Assembly (NCBI GenBank): GCA_036339465.1
Contig: JAYZAY010000007.1
Span: forward strand, 1 to 20,724
DNA: 20,724 bases
Direction of reading: 5' to 3'
Origin: Myxococcota bacterium
Lineage (GTDB): Bacteria > Myxococcota > XYA12-FULL-58-9 > JABJBS01
Below, piece by piece: positions 17,301-20,724 of the stretch. Under the pieces are notes generated by a model, which was not told the origin of the DNA, searched no databases, and saw only the letters and a program-made list of their open reading frames with translations. Each line of letters opens with the position of its first letter. Positions within the stretch are counted from its first letter, which is position 1. Made by a program: the position numbers and the translations under genes.

Positions 17301-17994
17301 AAACCGTGTTGCAGGCTGTCCAATCACTCCATTGCCCGTTAACACATACTCGACTCTGATTACCATTGTTGTTGTCGCCACAGGCTTGTTGTGCAGTCGC
17401 ACCGGTGGTGCAAACATCGGGATCTGCGCAATCACCAAAAGCTCCCCAAGCCCCATCGGTGCAGGTGCGAATTTGAGATCCGTTTTCATTGAGGCCACAG
17501 GCTTGTTGTGCAGTCGCACCGGTGGTGCAAACATCGGGATCTGCGCAATCACCAAAAGCTCCCCAAGCCCCATCGGTGCAGGTGCGAATTTGAGAGCCGT
17601 TTTCATTGAGGCCACAAGATTGCTGCTCTTGGGCCCCCGTCTCGCAGTCATTTTCGTTTGCTGGTGCGCAGTCGCTGTCATTGGAATTGGTACATCCCGG
17701 TGCGCAACAATCATCCCCAAAAACACAAGCAGTAATCGCTGTGTGAGTGCAACGCACCGAGCATTCAGACGCAGATCCACTCAATACATCGGAAGTACAA
17801 ATATTGTTATCGTTGCATATCGTTGGGCAATTGCCATCGCATATTTCAGCGGCCTCGATGATGCCGTTACCGCATTGGTTTTCATCAATGGGTTCCGAGA
17901 CAGAAGGGTCACAACCGATACCAACCAACAACAAGGTCAGGATTGTGCTAACAAAGGTTTGAGAAATCGTTCGAAAAAAAAGCGCCCCTAGCAT
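14320..17994 (-). CDS. Large secreted lipoprotein: Cys-rich repeats, LamG-like domain and putative HExxH zinc metallopeptidase domain
   Basis: Signal ending in GIGC. Start 17994 follows AAGGGAG (18009 is an alternative). Contains a CGNG..EAAEICDG repeat, 39-aa Cys repeats, a GCTNPRALNYNLDATGDDGSC repeat, LamG-like IWDVRLY..RKLTPSEI, HEHGH-x22-ESFAE and a Cys-rich C-terminus. Confidence 0.8.
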   Translation of the reverse strand: MLGALFFRTISQTFVSTILTLLLVGIGCDPSVSEPIDENQCGNGIIEAAEICDGNCPTICNDNNICTSDVLSGSASECSVRCTHTAITACVFGDDCCAPGCTNSNDSDCAPANENDCETGAQEQQSCGLNENGSQIRTCTDGAWGAFGDCADPDVCTTGATAQQACGLNENGSQIRTCTDGAWGAFGDCADPDVCTTGATAQQACGDNNNGNQSRVCVNGQWSDWTACNTVLGCTNPRALNYNLDATGDDGSCETVSSSPYFLEYAKPLYIPGQFPVSSCKDISKHHLCVSTKGCSWMRTIKNKGVCRADPVHRCLASGECKCEAHNFHGESAYDNDLEIFLPLSVTWSNLAPRTSTRGLNPTSQFTASIAMSEIQNESLGNFTSRTDFTNKTLSVTAKTSLDIDRISQSQGLTFAFKFMHVWDMDPPTMSGTLFEGLGIRAQLNNDALSLVVGDVTHSIGGETAFSATVKNYQCNQFTLVLSDNEDATVYLGSIATTIPGLRMSTVANHVASSATPLEVMQVGAANAKIWDVRLYGNNRKLTPSEIDEIGKRCSNAGDYAIADGYPKSNRRYSWGMGGYAIVPNHATQSFSSGVYVTMWIPEGDTFPPTDPSFLDNLRRMVGFWDRWHEQMFFEMDFIPYVDTRALAPENSKNTYRNYTPESNLCADPATCGEPRNYNNPCKYVTDLFQGFNWLPEDFPNEPTSADHRKIAESGGWTRWDSYDVDLYSGWQRPVHEHGHAAHFTIMRTYNKLNHYIRGISGESFAEIMAYYLFAGAKSWMNSGLTYFPMVPLAMEGRWDSLNEMHVLKYPQPYHGRNIGDLALGARFYGLNVWWTFVSHYAAKPYLIGRLAADTDETPGSTLQKMRFYLAQENQDLGDLFGNYAAHIVTWDWPKLGHHYYDREQQPFDNIEKWCTTNSGPNCTPDSLKVQLDLDASTGTNGVWEDSPALTNPGSFAYNAIRIASVPGGSRYEIGLEFEVAPYLYPDTSYAIGFNQMCKEDARFFSSRIVVVDSGTEGEEVRANRPQYYKIPGRKVENVMIETPEGRESTIYLLPVPTPPVEIDDVTPFVNGYSPVWPYKYKVTPLDSIPEDSQITPPILLNGQEMLPLDPQIGNGFTYDCFYDPEVEVRQNKFDACLNYCIDSGFQNSETDVSCNQQLSCRNACYLKFDGSTTSECENHCDRTATSGCFLTVNGRDYNMCGACVGEFSNGLVAECTLGCDFVN
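17377..17616. repeat. Near-perfect 117-bp in-frame tandem duplication
   Basis: Copies start at 17377 and 17494 with one mismatch (17479 vs 17596). The unit encodes a 39-aa module CGLNENGSQIRTCTDGAWGAFGDCADPDVCTTGATAQQA. Confidence 0.97.
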
Positions 17995-18620
17995 TGCGAC
18001 TCCCTTCATGAAGTTGGGGCAAGATAAGTTAGCGCGGCGTTAAAAGCAATGCGTGAGAACCGAGGGGGCCCGTGGGTTCTTTCGCAAACCCGGGCGTTTT
18101 TTCAAGCTTAGCTCCCCCAGTCACACCGCCTCCACCGAGGGTTTACCTATTTAACATTCTCTGCCCGTAGATACATCAGTTCGCGGGAAAACCCAGTCAT
18201 ACTACCAGTTCACCGCGTGTATCCCCTACCGCCTGCTTAATCTCTTTTCTTTCTGGTTGGTGAATCATAAATTTTCGATAGATTATTGTGACGTGTGCCC
18301 TGAGGCTTCTAGAGTGTGCTCGTAACCAAGACTTCCCGCAGGTGTCACCGGCTGAGCCTAAAGCTGAGCACACGGCGACTGAACTTCCCCGAAAACAAGC
18401 TGGCCAATCATACGCATACTGTTTTGCGACACCGTGAGTATATTGGCAAGAGCTTGGACCTGAATGCCATAAGATGTGTCGGCAATTCTTAATTCGCTCT
18501 AAGAACAAAGGAAGTAGGCAAGGCAGGGGATTTAAAAAAAGTTAGAACAGTCTTGCCTTTGCCACTGGCTGCGACATTGTTTTTTTGCTGCGCCTTATTT
18601 CTCCGACAATCAAAAATCCC

Positions 18621-19247
18621 TTAGAATCCGTAACCGAGGGTCAGCTGGAGGTTCGGGAGAACGCTTCCGAAAAACCAATAGTCAGCGATCTCCTCGCTCG
18701 CGTTGCTCGTGTCACCATCGGCACTGGCAACCTTCATCGGATACTGAGGCCCACCTGTGTGAAGCAGGCCAATATCGAAGCCCCATATAAAACCTTGCTT
18801 TGCCTCCGCACCAAAACCGATGCCCACGTAGCCAACAGGGTTTTCTTTGTAATCAACACGATACTCATTACCGGCATCATCTTTGACCCTATTCTGAATC
18901 GTGCCCAGACCCATGCCTGCAACAACGCGGAACCACTCGTGACCACTGATTGGGCGATGGTTGATAAAGCAGCCAACCCACTGCGTGTAGCCACTGACAG
19001 AATATTCAGTGCCACCAATCTTGGGCTTAAAGGGAGCGCCCCCCTTGAAACCGCCAACAGAAACCTGCCAGGTCGTCTTCTCCGAAGCGTTGTATCCGAA
19101 ATTGAGTGACCCACCGAAGGGGCTAAGGCTCGCGCTCAGACTATACTCTGAGAATGTCGTCTCTTCTTGATTTTCAGCCAAAGCAGGACCTACCGAAACA
19201 AGTGAGACAAGTGAAACCATAGTGATAAAAGTCAGATAACGAAACAT
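18621..19247 (-). CDS. Probable small outer-membrane beta-barrel protein
   Basis: Sec signal ending in ALA, Gly/aromatic-rich alternating strands, and a C-terminal BAM-type signal LQLTLGYGF. AGGAG upstream. Confidence 0.75.
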   Translation of the reverse strand: MFRYLTFITMVSLVSLVSVGPALAENQEETTFSEYSLSASLSPFGGSLNFGYNASEKTTWQVSVGGFKGGAPFKPKIGGTEYSVSGYTQWVGCFINHRPISGHEWFRVVAGMGLGTIQNRVKDDAGNEYRVDYKENPVGYVGIGFGAEAKQGFIWGFDIGLLHTGGPQYPMKVASADGDTSNASEEIADYWFFGSVLPNLQLTLGYGF

Positions 19248-19450
19248 GACGTTGCGAACTCCTGTGATTTATTTTGGGTCAACCAATGAGCGCTTCACCC
19301 CCCACAATCGAGAGTCAAAGCTCAAACCAAACGCCAAGACCCTACAGGAAACAATAAGAAAACACAAAATCTCTTTAACCCACACTCAATATTGTTTCTT
19401 TTGCCCCTATGCCCCGAGGTAAAAACGCCGATATAACCTGAACCCATACT

Positions 19451-19493
19451 GGCCTGAATCACAGGCCTGAATCACAGGCCTGAACCACGGGCC
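19451..19493. repeat. Intergenic 13-bp tandem repeat, ~3.3 copies
   Basis: GGCCTGAATCACA x2, then GGCCTGAACCACG, then GGCC. Confidence 0.9.
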
Positions 19494-19959
19494 AAATAAG
19501 ATGCCACACGATTTTTCTCACCACGATTTCAATGGCTTCTAGATAGATCTCTGCACTCACACTGAAACAAAACAATCCATGGCCCGGTCTCAAAACAACA
19601 TTACGCAAACTCAAAACACATTTCCTTAAACTGCGGGGGACTAAGTTTCCACCAATCACCAGGTGGCCCCGGATGATTGAAAAATCTATCGAATCGCAAT
19701 TCGCTATGTTCGACCAGTTGGTTTGAGTTTGGCCTGGGAGAAGGCTCGATGCTCGCCCTCAGACCATAGGTGTAACCATCCCCATGTATTTCCATTCTAT
19801 TCAAATCCGTTTTGGTAAGATTCCAATTACGTCCTTCACCTTGACAAAAACACGCCCCACTCCCTGCCCCCGCCCTATTGGGAAGACAGGAGGCGCGTGA
19901 TTACTACCTGGGCCAAAATGAGAGACTCCGCTATCTAAATCAGACAAAATAGCACCAGG

Positions 19960-19992
19960 AAAAAAAGAACTCAGGCTGTCTGGTTTGAGCTC
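19960..19992 (-). terminator. Possible rho-independent terminator downstream of the intron
   Basis: Minus strand GAGCTCA-aaccagacagcc-TGAGTTC followed by a T7 run. The stem is modest, with one G-U pair and a large loop. Confidence 0.4.
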
Positions 19993-20056
19993 AATAGCAA
20001 ACCTTGGATTTGAGACGTTAGTTGGTCGGAGAGCCCAGTAATGTTCCCTGCAATGT

Positions 20057-20132
20057 GTCGCGGTAGGGAACCCCCATTGCTAGGTGCCCCCCCCGCACAG
20101 ATCCCGGCGTGCGAAACGACCGCACCGGGCTC
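20057..20132 (-). ncRNA. Group II intron catalytic domain V and domain VI
   Basis: DV (20100-20132): GAGCCCGGTGCG-GTCGTTT-CGCA-CG-CCGGGATC, with AGC triad and 2-nt bulge. DVI: GCGGGGGGGGCACC...GGTTCCCT-A-CCGC with a bulged branch A, ending GAC. Confidence 0.92.
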
Positions 20133-20724
20133 CTGCCTTGGGTCAAACATGCAAGTCGCCTACTCGGATAGGGACGGTAAATTTTCGGACGTGGAAGATA
20201 CCGGTTGTTCAGATAGTCCATTCGCTTCCAAAGTAGCCTCGCTTTTTGGCTGCGACGGGTAAGAGCCCGTCGCCATGCCAAAGCAACCTGATGTCGGAAT
20301 TGATTGAGGGCGGGGTAGTTCATAGGGATAGCGTGGTAGTTGTACCACCCCCGTAGAACCTTACCCAACCACCCACCTACCTTAGGACAGGATCATGGAG
20401 ACGCCTTCGCAGCTCAAGCTTGAGCCTCCGAAGTCGACTTCGAAGACGCTTGGCATCAGTCTTACGCGACGCCGTAAACCATCCCTTTCTCGTTTTGCCG
20501 CAGATATGCGTAAATCCGAGAAAGGTGAAAGTTTTGGGCTTCCGTTCGCCACGCTTCTTTCGATTGGCCGCCGCAAAGCGACCGAACTCCAAAAGCTTGG
20601 TCTTGTCCGGATGAAGTTCCAGGTTAAAACGGCGAAGTCTTTCCGCCAACTCTCCCCAAAACTTCAGAGCATCTGACTTATGCTGAAATCCCATAATGCA
20701 GTCATCTGCCCACCGCACGATAAT
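20057..20724 (-). mobile_element. Group II intron, 3' portion (resembles bacterial class E; truncated by the window edge)
   Basis: RT domains 5-7 and domain X are followed by a DV/DVI sequence ending ...CCCTACCGCGAC at 20057. No endonuclease domain follows domain X. Confidence 0.93.

Larger units (their letters stand above)
20018..20724 (-). pseudogene. ltrA: Group II intron reverse transcriptase/maturase, frameshifted and 5'-partial
   Basis: IIVRWADD, LELHPDKTKLLEFGRFA and FTFLGFTHICG are in one frame; LRGWYNYHAIP.N is in another. Restoring one base at ~20385 gives the continuous HDPVPKVGGWLGKVLRGWYNYH. Confidence 0.85.

Noticed and set aside
17056..17991. 311-aa plus-strand ORF, and other antisense or alternate-frame ORFs such as 9835..10440 and 18585..19109
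   Set aside because: These are shadow frames of well-supported genes; their repeats simply mirror those of the real CDS.
18010..18620. ORF 18197..18508 and imperfect hairpins near 18050-18110 and 18515-18565 as a riboswitch or sRNA
   Set aside because: The ORF has a TTG start and no motifs. The stems are imperfect and match no RNA family I can recognise; an Rfam scan would be needed.

Overview
Bacterial window of moderate GC, probably a myxobacterium or related deltaproteobacterium (inferred from DUF4215-type 'CGDG..E.CDDG' Cys-rich lipoproteins). The highlight is a tightly packed six-gene operon at 2004-7146 that looks like an undescribed RiPP / peptide-modification system. It encodes a 147-aa precursor with three PxF[TS]T[RK][ND]Ix[TN]CASS[LM] cassettes, six KDVQ[HA] pentapeptide repeats and a basic amphipathic C-terminus. 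Downstream are a standalone tandem-PqqD (double RRE) protein, two paralogous radical SAM enzymes (one Twitch-like, one full SPASM), a RimJ/RimL-type GNAT and a two-domain SagB/ThcOx-like flavin oxidoreductase. No YcaO, protease or exporter is in the cluster. The rest of the window holds a voltage-gated K+ channel, a HAD hydrolase, a PPC+Kazal lipoprotein, a DUF4215-repeat lipoprotein, a metal ABC ATPase/permease pair with no adjacent binding protein, a large HExxH lipoprotein with a recent 117-bp duplication, a probable outer-membrane beta-barrel, and the 3' part of a group II intron with a frameshifted RT ORF. All family calls come from motif recognition by eye; no database searches were run.
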